A DNA stretch of 64,000 bases from Malacoraja senta (lineage: Eukaryota). A model generated the notes under the pieces. It worked only from the letters and a program-made list of their open reading frames with translations, was not told the DNA's origin and did no database searches. The stretch lies in NCBI GenBank assembly GCA_038087875.1, contig CM075988.1:18230001-18294000 (forward strand), read 5' to 3'. Shown here one piece after another: positions 1 to 12,648 of the stretch (positions are counted from its first letter, which is position 1; the number at the start of each line of letters is the position of its first letter). The translations under genes were made by a program, and so were the position numbers.

Positions 1-3000
1 GTCTGTGTGCGAGAAGTAGTGTAACAGAATGAGAGTGAGAAAGATTGTGTGGGTGAGTGTGACTGAGTTGTGAAATACGGGGTCCAGCATCAAGCAATGC
101 CCCTGGTTACAGGTTAAGATGGCGCCCACCCCATGTGACTATTTGCGAGCTAGCCACAGAAGCAGATCTAGTCACATACTACAATCGCTCCACACTTTTA
201 AATCTCTCCTCCTTCAGCAACATTCCTTACTTTAACTACGATCTTCTTAAACTAAACGCTATTCCCTTATCATCTATCTTTACACTGTAAATGGCTCGAA
301 TGTAATCATGTGTTGTCTTTCCGCTGACTGGTTAGCACGCAACAAAAGCTTTTCACTGTACCTCGGAACACGTGGCAATAAACTAAACTGAACTGAGATT
401 CCTTCAGGATGGGTTGAGGGGGTGATCAGGTGCCTGTGTGTACCACTACCTCAGTGTGATTGTAATCCTTGTTGTAGTTGCCTCCACATCACTAACATAC
501 ACATCATATGTTAGTGACCCAGCCATTTGCTCTCCAGTACCCATAGATGCATCGAGGCATTCCGTAACTCATAACGATTTTGTTCATCAACATTACTGAA
601 TGATAAATGGACACGAACAGCCTGCAATAATGCTTTGTGTGTTTGACAGAATCCAAATTACATTGGATTGGACTCTTCAAGAGAGAGAACACTTGGCACT
701 TTTATGGTTCTGCTGTTTAATGAGACATTTGCAGTTTGATGACTTCTGCTGTGAGATAACAACGTGATAATACTAAACGCATTAGGGGCTGAAGTTGGTT
801 AGTTTGCTCTTGAAGTGGAAGTTTGGTTTAGTTTAGTTTAGAGATACGGCGTGGAAACAGGCCCTTCGGCCCATCCAGTCTGCGCCGACCAGTAATTCCC
901 GCACACACATAACACTATCCTAAAACAGACAAGGGGCAATGTACCATTTAAAAAAAATCTAAGCCAATTAACCTACAAACTTGTACATCATTGGGGTGTG
1001 GGAGGAAACCGGATCACCAGGAGAAAACCCACGCAGTTCACGGGGAGAACGTACAAACTCTGTAAAGACAGCACCCAGTAGATTTTAACAGCATTTAGAA
1101 AGAATGTAATTGTTGCCACAGATATAACGGAGAAAACTGAGGCTTCAGTCAGGATTTAAGGACATGATCTAATTTATGGGGCGTGCACCCATTTAGCATT
1201 CACATTTTCATAACCAGTCTGACGACTTTGACAGCTGTACTTACTGGATTGGATCGACTTCATGAATCCTTCTTCACCAGACATGGACAGAGATTAAATT
1301 TGACATTTGGATTTGATCCAGAGACAATTTAAACATTTTAAATGGAATGGCAATTGTGCGTGGGTACGGATGGAATATTTTAAAAGTTGAACACACAGCA
1401 GGAGCTGCCTCATTGTAATTGCCCTGGGTGGAGAGTGACTCACTAACTCAATGGAGAACTGCTCAAAATGCCTCAGGATGGAGTTTTGTCTGCCACTTCT
1501 CCATTAGTACGGGTGTCAGCGGTACCGGGGCCAAGGCAGGAGAACGGGGTTGGGAGGAAAAGATCGATCAGCCATGCACTTGATCAAGTCGAGATGATGG
1601 GCCGAATGGCCTCTTCTGCTCCTAGAACTTATGAACATTAACTTGCCCAAGGGTAGACAACAACGGGAGTTGAACCGTTCAAGAAACTTCAGAACCACTG
1701 CTTGCATCTGTGCATGTTGGTGTTGAAATTCCCGACCAAAAACAGAAAACACACTGCAAATACTCAACAGGTCAGGCGGCATCTGTGGAGCAGTGGAATT
1801 AAAATCCTGAAGCATTAGTACGGAGATTGGTCTCCCGTTGGGTTGTGAAATGTACATTGCAATAATATGTGCGATGTACGTCTCACGTCCAGTTTAGCCA
1901 AACTCTGATGGAAAGTTAGCCCCCGTTAGCCACTCTGCAGAGGTTGGAGATGAACTGTGTCCCTCAGTGCCCACACCGTTCCTGGCCTGGTGAGAATGTC
2001 CAGCATTAACTGGCCTGTCGTCTCTGCAGAAGACAACAAGCTAGATGTTTCAGCTGCGACCTCCTCTGCCCGAACATGAAAGGCATGTGGCACTCCTGAT
2101 CCTGAGCCGGTGACTCTGGATCTAATCAAGGATCCATGCCCAAAATGGCCAAGTGTTGGCTCTCTCCAGAGGTGAGCTGCTGCCTGACTTGCCAATTACA
2201 GTCTGTTATTTTTAGTTCATATTGACTTTTGTTATTCAGGCACAAAGGCCCGCCAGTCAATTTTCAAAGCCTGAAACAGCACTTAATTTACAATGCTTCC
2301 TCCGGCACTTCTGCTCACGAGCTTCCGCTTGAACAATATACTCCGAGCGTGGAGGCTGGGGGGTCATGCCTTGCCACTGCAATGGAGTAATTAGGCACAA
2401 GATGTCTGGAATGGCCTGAGCTAGCTTGAAGTGGCAGCTCATGGAGCAGGGACGTTACAGCCTGCAAACCTCTCTGCCGCAAATGGTGGCAAAGAGCCCT
2501 AAAGTGAGAACCAACATTTGCAGGTGTTAGGTTGGAAACACATCTGCACTCAGGCCAGTGGGAAGTGTGGGAATCCCTTCCAACGGCAATGCCGGCTGGT
2601 TGGAAAACCTAAGAAGACACACAGAGTGCTGGAGTAACTCAGTGGCCAAGCAGCATCTCTGGAGAACATGGATAGGCAACGTTTTGAGTCGCCTCCACCC
2701 GCCCCCCCTCTACAGAAGGCTGTAGAGGCCAAGTCAATAGATATTTTTAAGGCAGAGATAGATGCATTCTTGATTAGTGCAGTTGTCAGGAGCTATGGAG
2801 AGAAAGCAGGAGAATGGGATTAGGAGAGATAGATCAGCCATGATTGAATGGCGGAGTAGACTTGATGGGCCGAATGGCCTAATTCTGCTCCTATCACTTA
2901 TAACCTTATGACCGACCTTGTTTTATCGATTTCAAATATATCTGATTTGATACTGCTTTAAAACAAAATTATCATTGACATCGACAATTAACTTCTTTTC

Positions 3001-3199
3001 ATTTCAGGATTCACATCAGATTGAAATACTAATTTACCAGGTTAATAGGTGTCCCTCTGCAGTCAGTCTCTGGACACATGCTGGGTGGAGAAACCATTTT
3101 AGTTAAGAATAACTTAACTTTTCTCTTAAATCAGATCATCAGAGGGGAAGGGAACTTTGTGAAAAGCTGAACTTTAAATTGTGGTGAGACCTGTTCAGC

Positions 3200-3462
3200 G
3201 ATACGGCGTGGAAACAGGCCCTTCAGCCCACTGAGTCCATGCTGACCATCAATCACCCTAGTTGCATGTTATCCCACTTTTGCATCAACTCCCAACAGAC
3301 TCCTGGCAATTTACAGAGGGCCAATTAACCTACAAACCCGCACGTCTTAGGAATGTGGTCACAGGGAGAATGTACAAACTCCACACAGACAGCGGCCGAG
3401 GTCAGGATCGAAGCCGGGTCTCTGGTGCTGTGTGAGGCAGCAGCTCTACCGCTGTGCCACTG
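3200..3462 (-). mobile_element. V-SINE (HE1-like)
   Basis: Reverse-complement head, core and tail. Other minus copies at about 825-1080, 9755-9915, 17755-17997, 22675-22960, 43515-43703, 48850-49115 and 63305-63585. Confidence 0.78.
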
Positions 3463-4134
3463 TTGATCAGCGATAAAACTCATTCCAGGGAAAGTGCAAT
3501 CTTTCGTTTGCTGAAATGAGCAACGACTTTTCTGCTTTTAACTTGTAAATTGTGTGAAAACTTTAGAGCTATCTGGAGCTGGAAGGATAATGGCTGAGCC
3601 AAATTGTCTGGGGAAAACTTCAATCAGCAGATTAGAAATTAGGCTTGAAGAAACAGTTATTAAATCGGGCTTTCCTTGCATGCATCATTTGGCAAATTAA
3701 AGAGAAAGTTTTTGGAAGCCAGTTGACTTTGTACAGGCATCCTGTTTAATGTAATGGATGGGGTAATATTTGGATTCCTTCGAAAGAATAATTAAAAACA
3801 TACATTTCTGCCTAATTTACATTACCGCATCCAGTTATTGCAAAACTTTATCAAAATAATTGGATAAATTATTAATGGCTTGTATAATAAGCTTGGGCAC
3901 GAAGACCTAGCCTAAATATTTATTTTCTCTCCTTAAAAAATCAATCCATTTATAAAGTAAATTAGATTCGCGGAATATATTTTGCTTGGCTTAATTTAAT
4001 AATGAAAAACATTTAAAACACAATCAAAACCTGAGCTACAATCAGAATTGTACAGAATTTGTAATAAACCACATTGTCTGTGTGGTTCAAGTCTTGTTAG
4101 TGTATATTAAATGCAGCACCAGAGATATCATGTC

Positions 4135-4590
4135 ATGAGGAACAGGAGTAGAATTAAGCCATTCGGCCCATCGTCTACTCCGCCAATCAATCGTGGTGAT
4201 CTATCTCTCTCTCCTAACCCAATTCTCCTGCCTTCACCTCATAACCTCCGACACCCATACTAATCAAGAATCTATCTAGCTCGGGCTTAATAATATCCAC
4301 TGACTTGGCCTCCACAGCCCTCTGTGGCAAAGATTTCCACAGATTCACCACCCTCTGACTAAATGAATCTCTCCTCATCTCCTTCCGAAAAGAATGTCCT
4401 TTAATTCTGAGGCTATGACTTCTAGTTCTAGACTCTCCCACTCAAGGAAACATCCTCTCCACATCCACTCTTACCTTTCACTATTCTGTATGTTTCAATG
4501 AGGTCCCCCCCTCATTCTTCTAAACTCCAGCGAGTACAGGCTCAGTGCTGACAAATGCTCATCATAGATTAACCTACTCATTCCTGGGAT
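4135..4590 (-). mobile_element. CR1 LINE 3' fragment
   Basis: [11 protein letters not shown]...TRSHSLRIKG ORF2 tail and 3' UTR. Confidence 0.85.
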
Positions 4591-4690
4591 ATTGCAATAT
4601 ATTAATGCAGGCTTGCAGCAGGAACTCATAAACCTGAGCATTGAGAGCGGCATTTGATCAGAACGTCGTGGAGCCACATTAATGCATTAA

Positions 4691-5006
4691 ACCCCTGTCC
4701 CACGGTACGAGTTCATTCCAAGAGCTCTCCCGAGTTTGCCCTGATTCGAACTCGGAGATTGACGGTAATGGCCACTCGTCGGTACTCGGGGCTCTCGTGG
4801 ACATTTTTCATCATGTTGAAAAATCTTCACGAGTCTTCCCGTGCTTACCTGCCGTTAGCGAGTCTTCCCGAGTACCTGCCGTTAGCGCTGAGACGTCCCC
4901 GAGCTCCGACGTACCCACTAAGTTCATTCTCCGTGCTTACCACGAGTTTGATTTTTTTAAAACTCGGGAGAGCTCTTGGAATGAACTCGCCCAGTGGGAC
5001 AGGGCT
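4691..5006. mobile_element. PIF/Harbinger-type MITE
   Basis: TIRs ccctgtcccac...gagttcattccaagagctctcccgagttt; interior homologous to 57850-58158. Confidence 0.83.
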
Positions 5007-6044
5007 ATTAGGGTTTGAGATTAATGTTTCATTTTCCACTTGTAAAGCATCATTAATTGCAAAACAGTTAACTACCATGCTCACGGCTTTAAATGATGAG
5101 CCACATTTTTAGTTTCCTTAAAAATGATGGAACAGATCACATCAGTCCTCAACGTGCCAATAAGATGGAATCTCACTATTGATCTGTCTCCTTTAGGTGG
5201 ATTGGATAACATCTCCATCATCAACAATTATCAGCTCAATGACATCCCAGGCAGTTGGGTCATGCTTAGCTCTTTCAGTTTGACTGGGGGAATGTTTCCC
5301 CGTGTTACTGTTTGGGAACTTTGCACACAGAAGATGTTTTAATGAAGGTTGTGCTTGGGAACGGAGCTGGGTGAATTATGAGTCCCGATACAACTTCGGC
5401 ACTCATCCTACACAAACTCCCGCCTTTGGTATTTGTTCCATATGTAGGACCCTCACCGAGAGTCACACTGGCTGGGTCGATGAAGAGGAGGTGATGTCAC
5501 TGTGAACACTGTTTCCTCAAACATCCATTCCTCAACGGGGAAACTCTGAAGCAAGAAGCACTCTTCCAACTCGGCTTCACAACCAAGGCAAAGAAATGCC
5601 AGTGGCTTTGTGGCTTCCTTCTCATCAGTTCATAAGTGACTGGAGCAGCCATTCGGCCCATCAAGTCTACTCTGCCATTCAATCATGGCTGATCTATCTT
5701 TCCCTCTCAACCCCATTCTCCTGCCTTCTCCCCATCACCCCTGACACCCGTAGTAATCAAGAATCTATCTATCTCCGCCTTAAAAATATCCATTGACTTG
5801 GCCTCCACAGCCTTCCTTCTCACCTCTGTCAATTTTATTTAAGAGACACAGCAAAGCTGGTTCAGCGCCCAGGCACTGGCTGGTAAGAAGTTCAATGACT
5901 GAAGTTAAACCTACAACTTTCCACCACGACATGTTCACCACGTCAGCCGTGAATGGGAGCCTCAGGAGCGAACCCAAGTCCACTCTCTGTGGCACCATGC
6001 ATTGGAATAGATCTGCACTGTCCCACACGCGCAAGAGGGGCTAC

Positions 6045-6785
6045 TTCATTGAAACTTACCCAATAGTGAAAGGCCTGGATAGAGTGGGTGTGGAGAGGAT
6101 GTTTCCACTAGTGGGAGAGTCTAGTGCTAGAGGCCATAGCCCCAGAATAAAAGGATGTAGAACAGAGAAGAGGAGGAATATCTTTAGTCAGAGGGCAGTG
6201 AATCTGTGGAATTAATTGCCACAGACGGCTGTGGATATCAAGTCAATGGATATTTTTAAGGCGGAGATTGACAGCTTCTTGAATAGTATGGGTGTCAGGG
6301 TTGATGGGGAGAAGGCACGAGAATGAGGCTGAGAGGGAAAGATAGATCAGCCATGATTGAATGGTGGAGTAACCTTGATGGGCTGAACGGCCTCATTCTG
6401 CTGCTCAAACATATGATTGTTAAGGGCTTGGACACGCTAGAGGCAGGAAACATGTTTCTGATGTTGGGGGAGTCCAGAACCAGGGGCCCCAGTTTAAGAA
6501 TAAGGAGAAAGCCATTTAGAACGGAGACGAGAAAACACTTTTTCTCACAGAGAGTGGTGAATCTGTGGAAATCTCTGCCTCAGAGGGCGGTGGAGGCAGG
6601 TTCTCTGGATGCTTTCAAGAGAGAGCTAGATAGGGCTCTTAAAAACAGCGGAGTCAGGGGATATGGGGAGAAGGCAGGAACGGGGTACTGATTGGGGATG
6701 ATCAGCCACAATCACATTGAATGGCGGTGCTGGCTCGAAGGGGCAAATGGCCTACTCCTGCACCTATTGACTATTGTCTATTGAA
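6045..6785 (+). mobile_element. Two adjacent CR1 LINE 3' fragments
   Basis: Two successive ORF2 C-termini (RGHSPRIKG...; TRGPSLRIR...GEKAGTGY), each with a 3' UTR. The second is nearly identical to 44308-44682. Confidence 0.88.
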
Positions 6786-8009
6786 CATATTGCAGTGACG
6801 GGGTCCAAGCCTAGATTGGGGCCGTACAGACTCATCCTCGGTTCCGCACCCCGACTGACGGGGAAGAGATGGGAATCACGGATTCCCAACGTTCCCAGCC
6901 CTCGCTGCCTTGGACAATCAGTGGATTCCGCAGGTTCGGATTAATGGAACACGACACAAGAGGCAGCCAGGCTGGGCTTGAAAACTGTCAACTCGTCGGC
7001 TGAGAGCTGAATCCCATTATTCTCAGCACCACAAGGACATGGAATGAATATGCCATCAAGCAATTTATAACGACAGAAATGTTTTTCAATTTTTTTTTTT
7101 ATTAACCCAATTCAAAACTTGGACCAACAGAAGTGTGAAGGGAACAGAGCTGCTGGAAGGAAGGTAACCGCTGGGTGAGAAGAGGGCTGTGACAGTGTGA
7201 TTTGCACAGACACAGATGAATCACTGCAATCTCAAAAAGCACAAAATTATCCTGTCATAACATTCTTGCTCATAATGAAGTGGGCGACAGGGATAAAGCA
7301 CGCCTCGCAAATGATCACCAAACCATCCTGGCCGGAGTTGGAGGTGCATTGCAGGGGTTGCGATGCAGCAAGCGGAAACGACGCAACGCTGCCGCCCGCC
7401 CACACCTGCCCAGGGTCGACACGCAGAGAACGGACACAGTCCACGGGGATCGGGCAAGCTCACCAGTTTGTACGAAAAAGAGAGAGAGAGAGCGAGCAGC
7501 CCTGTGAATTACGCCCCGGTAATTAGCGTGAACGAAAACGGAGTTTGTTTCACACCGGGTTGCATTTCCTCCTTGTGTAGGAAGGAACTGCAGATGCTGG
7601 TTTACACCAAAGATAAAATATAAAATGCTGGAGTAACTCAGCGGGCCAGGCAGCATCTCTGGAGAGAAGGAATGGGTACATACCTTCTGAAAGCAAATTG
7701 ACATCAACTTGCCAAAGCTTCCATAACATGACTGCCTCCCCCACCCTAATTCTCCAACTAGTTTCCCTGTCCTCCTGATTAATTTTACTGATTGTAAGCC
7801 TCCTTGTCACCTTCCCCTCTGCTGACAATGAACAATTCTACATTTCCTTTAGCATTGTCTGCTTTGATCTGTCGTTTTCACACTTTACCCTTTCATATCT
7901 CTAAGAAGAAGGGTCTGAAGAAGGGTCTCGAACCGAAACGTCGCCTATTCCTTCGCTCCATAGATGCTGCCTCACCCGTTGAGTTTCTCCAGCATTTTTG
8001 TCTACCCAT

Positions 8010-8500
8010 CATAGAAACATAGAAAATAGGTGCCGGAGTAGGCCATTCGTCCCTTCGAGCCTGCACCGCCATTCAATATGATCATGCCTGATCATCCAAC
8101 TCAGTATCCTGTACCTGCCTTCTCTCCATACCCCCTGATCCCTTTAGACACAAGGGCCACATCTATCTCCCTCTTAAATATAGCCAATGAACTGGCCTCA
8201 ACTACCTTCTGTGGCAGAGAGTTCCAGAGATTCACCACTCTTCTGTGTGAAAAATGTTTTTCTCATCTCGGTCCTAAAGGATTTCCCCTTTATCCTTAAA
8301 CTGTGACCGCAACATCGGGAACAATCTTCCTGCATCTAGCCTGTCCAACCCCTTAAGAATTTTGTAAGTTTCTATAAGATCCCCCCTCAATCTTCTAAAT
8401 TCTAGCGAGTACAAGCCGAGTCTATCCAGTCTTTCTTCATATGAAAGTCCTGACATCCCAGGAATCAGGTCTGGTGAACCTTCTCTGTACTCCCTCTATC
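8010..8500 (-). mobile_element. CR1 LINE 3' fragment
   Basis: [33 protein letters not shown], 3' UTR and tagaaaca tail. Confidence 0.88.
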
Positions 8501-8954
8501 ATATCTCTATGTCACCCTCTCCAGGGGAAGAGTCTCGACCCGAAAACATCACCCATTCCTCCTCTCCAGAGATGCTGCCTGTCCCGCTGAGTTACTCCAG
8601 CATTTTGTGTCTATCTTCTGCATCTGATCCTTGATAAGTTGGAGAACATGCCAAATAACAGGAGAATCGTTGGATTTGTTGTCCAGACTAATTCACCCTC
8701 AAGCACAACGCAGCAGCAGAGCAGGTTCAGGGTTGTCTGCACAATGAGTCTGCTGCTGACAATCAAGAGCTTCAGGATTCAAGCTAATTTCCCTGTGCAA
8801 CGTGACCCCACTTGTAAACCAATTCCTCCCGCAGCAGAGAGATCGAGGGAGCGCGCACCTGTCTTAAGTGATAGGAGTAGAATTAGGCCATTCGGACCCT
8901 TCTACCAAGTCTACCCCGCCATTGAATCATGGCTGATCTATCTCTCCCTCCTAA

Positions 8955-9160
8955 AGGGCCTGTTTTCAAAATGTTCAACATGTTGAAAATCCAGCGGTGA
9001 CCAGAAAAAGGCACGACTCTTTGGGCGACTACTCACTACCAAACAGGCGTCACCCCACGCATCTTTTTCTGGTCGCTGCTGGATTTTCAACATTTTGAAT
9101 TTTTCGGCGACCTGCTGCGACTATGACGCCGAAAACAATCGCATAAGTGGGACTGGCCCT
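8955..9160. mobile_element. Degenerate Harbinger-type MITE
   Basis: Termini agggcctgt.../...gtgggactggccct; inserted at the TAA of a CR1 3' UTR (ctccctcc-taa-cccc). Confidence 0.6.
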
Positions 9161-9260
9161 TACCCCCAGTCTTCGGATTGTGGGAGGAAACTGAAGTTCT
9201 CGGAGAAAACCTACGCGGTCACAGGGAGAACGTACAAACTCCGTACAGACAGTACCGGTA

Positions 9261-9745
9261 GGACCAAATGGCCTCTGTGTTGCAAACTTTTATGATAGAG
9301 TCATACAGCATGGTGACAGACTCTTTGCCCAATATGTCTATGCCAACCAGATTTTATAGCTGGGATAGTCACATCTGCCTGTGTTTGGTCCATATCACTC
9401 AAAACCCTTCCTATCAAGTACCTCCAAATGTCTTTTAAATGTCACCATTGTACCCAGCTCAACAAGTTTACTCTGGCAGCTCGTTCCATGTACCCATCTC
9501 TGTGCAAAGAAATTGTCCCTCTGGTCTTTTTTAACCTTTGCTCTCTTAGCTTAAAGCCATGCCCTCTAGCTCTGAACTCCTCCACCCTCGGACCAAAGAC
9601 TGTGACCATTCACCTTATCCATGCCTCTCATCATCTTGTACATCTCAATAAGATCATGATCGTAACTTATCGGAGCAGAATGAGTCCATTCTGCCCATCG
9701 AGTCTACGCCATTCAATCATGGCTGATCTATCTCTCCCTCCGAAC
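9261..9745 (+). repeat. Copy 1 of a ~480-bp direct duplication (partner ~16165-16640)
   Basis: Shares private sequence such as cagattttatagctgggatagtcacatctgcc and the same TE-TE junctions with 16165-16640. Confidence 0.85.
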
Positions 9746-10922
9746 CCCATTCCTTGGATTGTGGGAGGAAACCGAAGTTCTCGGAGAAAACCCACGCGGT
9801 CACGGGGAGAACGTACAAACTCCGTGCAGACAGTACCGGTAGTCAGGATCGATCCCGGGTCTCCGACACTGCAAGCGCCGTAAGGCAGCAACTTTACAGC
9901 TGTGCCACTGTGCTGCCCTTTGACACCTGCAATGCCCAGAGATGTGGTTAAGTCAGGTCAGTAAAGAAACCTCACTACTTCTGTTCTGCATCTAGACATC
10001 GGGCAAACCTTCCCTCCAGATTCAGGACAATTTCTTCCCAGCTGTTATCAGGCAACTGAACCATCCTCTCACCAACTAGAGAGCGGTCCTGAGCTACTAT
10101 CTACCTCAATGGAGACCCTCGTACTATCTTTGATCGGACTTTATCTTGCATAAAGTTATTCACATTATTCCCTTTATCACGTATCTGTACGCTGTGGCTC
10201 GATTATAATCGTGTATTGTCTTTCTGCTGACTGGTTAGCATGCAACAAAAGCTTTTCACTGTACCTCGGTACACGTGACAATAAACTAAACTCAAACCTG
10301 GCTTTACACACTGGTTTGCAGTCTCACAACAGAGGCCATTTGGCCCATCATGTTTCCACCTCTAATATTCCTGAACTTCCCGCTTTCTCGGCAATATAGG
10401 CTGGGGAAAGTGAAGGAGACCCGAGTTTTTGTTTGCACCGTAGTCACCCAAAACCATACCTGTCCTTCAACATGGCTTCTCCCGTCCCCAATCCACCCCT
10501 AGTTCATGTTCATAAGCGATCGGAGTAGAATTAGGCCATTCGGCCCATCAAGTCTACTCCGTCATTCAATAATGGCTGATCTATCTTTCCCTCCTAACCC
10601 CATTCTCCAGCCCTCTCCCCATAACCCCTGACACCCATACTAATTAAAAATCTATCTATCTCCGCCTTAAAAATATCCATTGACTTGGCCTTCACAGCCT
10701 TTGTGGCAATGAATTCCACAGATTCATCACCCTCTGACTCAAGAAATTCCTCCTCATCTTTCTAGAAGGTATGTCCTTTAATTCTGAGGCCTCTGGTCCT
10801 AGACTCTCCCACCTAGTGCTGCTCTCCACGTTACAGATGGGAGAGTGTTTCGGAAAAAAATAATCTGAAGTTTTGACATTGTTTACAAATATTTACATTT
10901 TGACAAAATGTAAATATTTTGT

Positions 10923-11963
10923 AGGTATGTTACAATACTTACCTTCAAAGGCACTGTAATTCTGCCACTGGCTGTGTGCGCGATTTTGGCGCCTTTAAGG
11001 GGGGGGCGGGCTTAAAACGCGGGTTTCTCCTACCTTGTCCTGTATTATATTTCGTTGGAGTACAAGCGTTTGCTGAAAAATCGTTCCTAGGGGCTTTTTG
11101 TGAATTTTTTATTTTTATTAAATCGACAATGTCAGCCCTGGAGTCATTTTAAAATCAGCTCCTGAAGCCGTCAACGCCGATAACGGGGACGGATTTCACG
11201 TACGGGACAGGTAAACGAAAGTGGTATCTTTTAATGTATAAAAGTGCTTCTTAAGAAGCCTTTAATTCTCATTTTTTCATGCGAAACGGTGATTTTATTC
11301 CCCGAACTAACGGCAGTATTTTTCATGCCGATACGGGGTTAAATTCACCGCAAATCAACGTTCCAAAAGATCGCGTTCCAGAAATCCTCACTCGCAAAAT
11401 GATTTAAATGCCCATTAATTTACAGGTATTAAACATTCAATTCCTTCCATTTGGCCTGTAAATTCATGACAATGAGATTTTAAAATTATGTTATATTGTG
11501 AATTCTTGTGTGAATGTTATTTGGACACTTAGGCTATTTAAAAATGTTAATCTATTCTTAAGAAATTGATAGATGTTTAGATCTAGTAATTGAATTTTGT
11601 AATTAGCTACAATTAGGTAACTAACTAATTATATGCTTTAATTTCATGTCTTCTAAGTAAGATTGTTTCATATTTGTTTCAGAATGCTTCAATCTATAAT
11701 AACTGAAAATTTCTTTCAGTTCTCTTAATTTTTAAGAAAGTTATGGGCTTTTGACTGTCCTCGATCACAGCTTTTGTGTTGAGTCAAGGGAAAAGCAATA
11801 GGGAACAAGATGCTAATTTCCGAGTATGAAAATGGCCATAACTTTTTTAATACTGAAGATATGAAAGTGAATTAGGTGTCAAATTAAACTTCTTTTTATG
11901 CTTTATCTGATGGGATAAATTGCAGACTTTATTTTTTAAATCTCAAAATGTTGTAACATTGCT
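10923..11963. mobile_element. Non-autonomous DNA transposon, ~1.04 kb, superfamily uncertain
   Basis: Imperfect TIR aggtatgttacaa / ttgtaacattgct, flanked by the exact 9-bp direct repeat atattttgt (10914-10922, 11964-11972). No ORF of 60 aa or more inside. Confidence 0.7.
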
Positions 11964-12356
11964 ATATTTTGTCACAGTGTTTTCCATTTAGGAAGTAGTT
12001 GAAAACTTGGGAGAGGAGGGGGGGGGGGACTTGGAAGGCCGCAAGAAATGGTCTCCAATCAAGCTCCCTCAGTGAATAATGCTCTAAGGTTCTTTGAGGA
12101 ATTATTGTTCTGTTTACAGTTTGCCTGCAGATGTAAGCTCAGATTTGAACGTGGCGTTGGATACATGTAAGGAACAATCAAGTTTAACGTTTATGGTTAA
12201 TGGCTTTTTGTATTGACTTGAAACTGCGCTGAGTGTGTGCGTGGAGTATTGTTCCTCCCACAAAAGTTTTCTGACCAGAGGCTCACCAAGAACATAGACA
12301 CAAAATGCCGGAGTAACTCAGCGGGTCAGGCAGCATCTCTGGAGAAAGGAATAGGT

Positions 12357-12648
12357 GATTCTTAGAATAAAGGGGAGGCCATTTAAGACTGAGGTGAGAA
12401 GAAACGTTTTCACCCAGAGAGTTGTGCATTTGTGGAATTCCCTGCCACAGAGGGCAGCGGACGCCAAATCACTGGATGGATTTAAGAGAGACTTAGATAG
12501 AGCTCTAGGGGCTGGTGGAGTCAAGGGATATGGGGAGAGGCAGGCACGGGTTATTTATTGGGGACGATCAGCCATGAATGGCTGTGCTGGCTCGAAGGGC
12601 CGAATGGCCTCCTCCTGCACCTATTTTCTATGTTTCTATGTTTCTATG
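12357..12648 (+). mobile_element. CR1 LINE 3' fragment nested in a Penelope-derived repeat
   Basis: LRIKGRPFKTEVRRNVFTQRVV plus (tttctatg)n tail. The host repeat reads ggaataggtga| before it and resumes gtgatctttcgggtcgagacc after it. Confidence 0.85.

Noticed and set aside
447..545. Minus-strand Thr-rich frame (DVEATTTRITITL) as a candidate CADM1 stalk exon
   Set aside because: No phase-1 acceptor puts this frame in register, and an in-frame stop follows.
1245..1290. SGEEGFMKSI followed by gtaagt, reminiscent of CADM1 AGEEGSIRAV
   Set aside because: No acceptor in the right position and no transmembrane segment after it.
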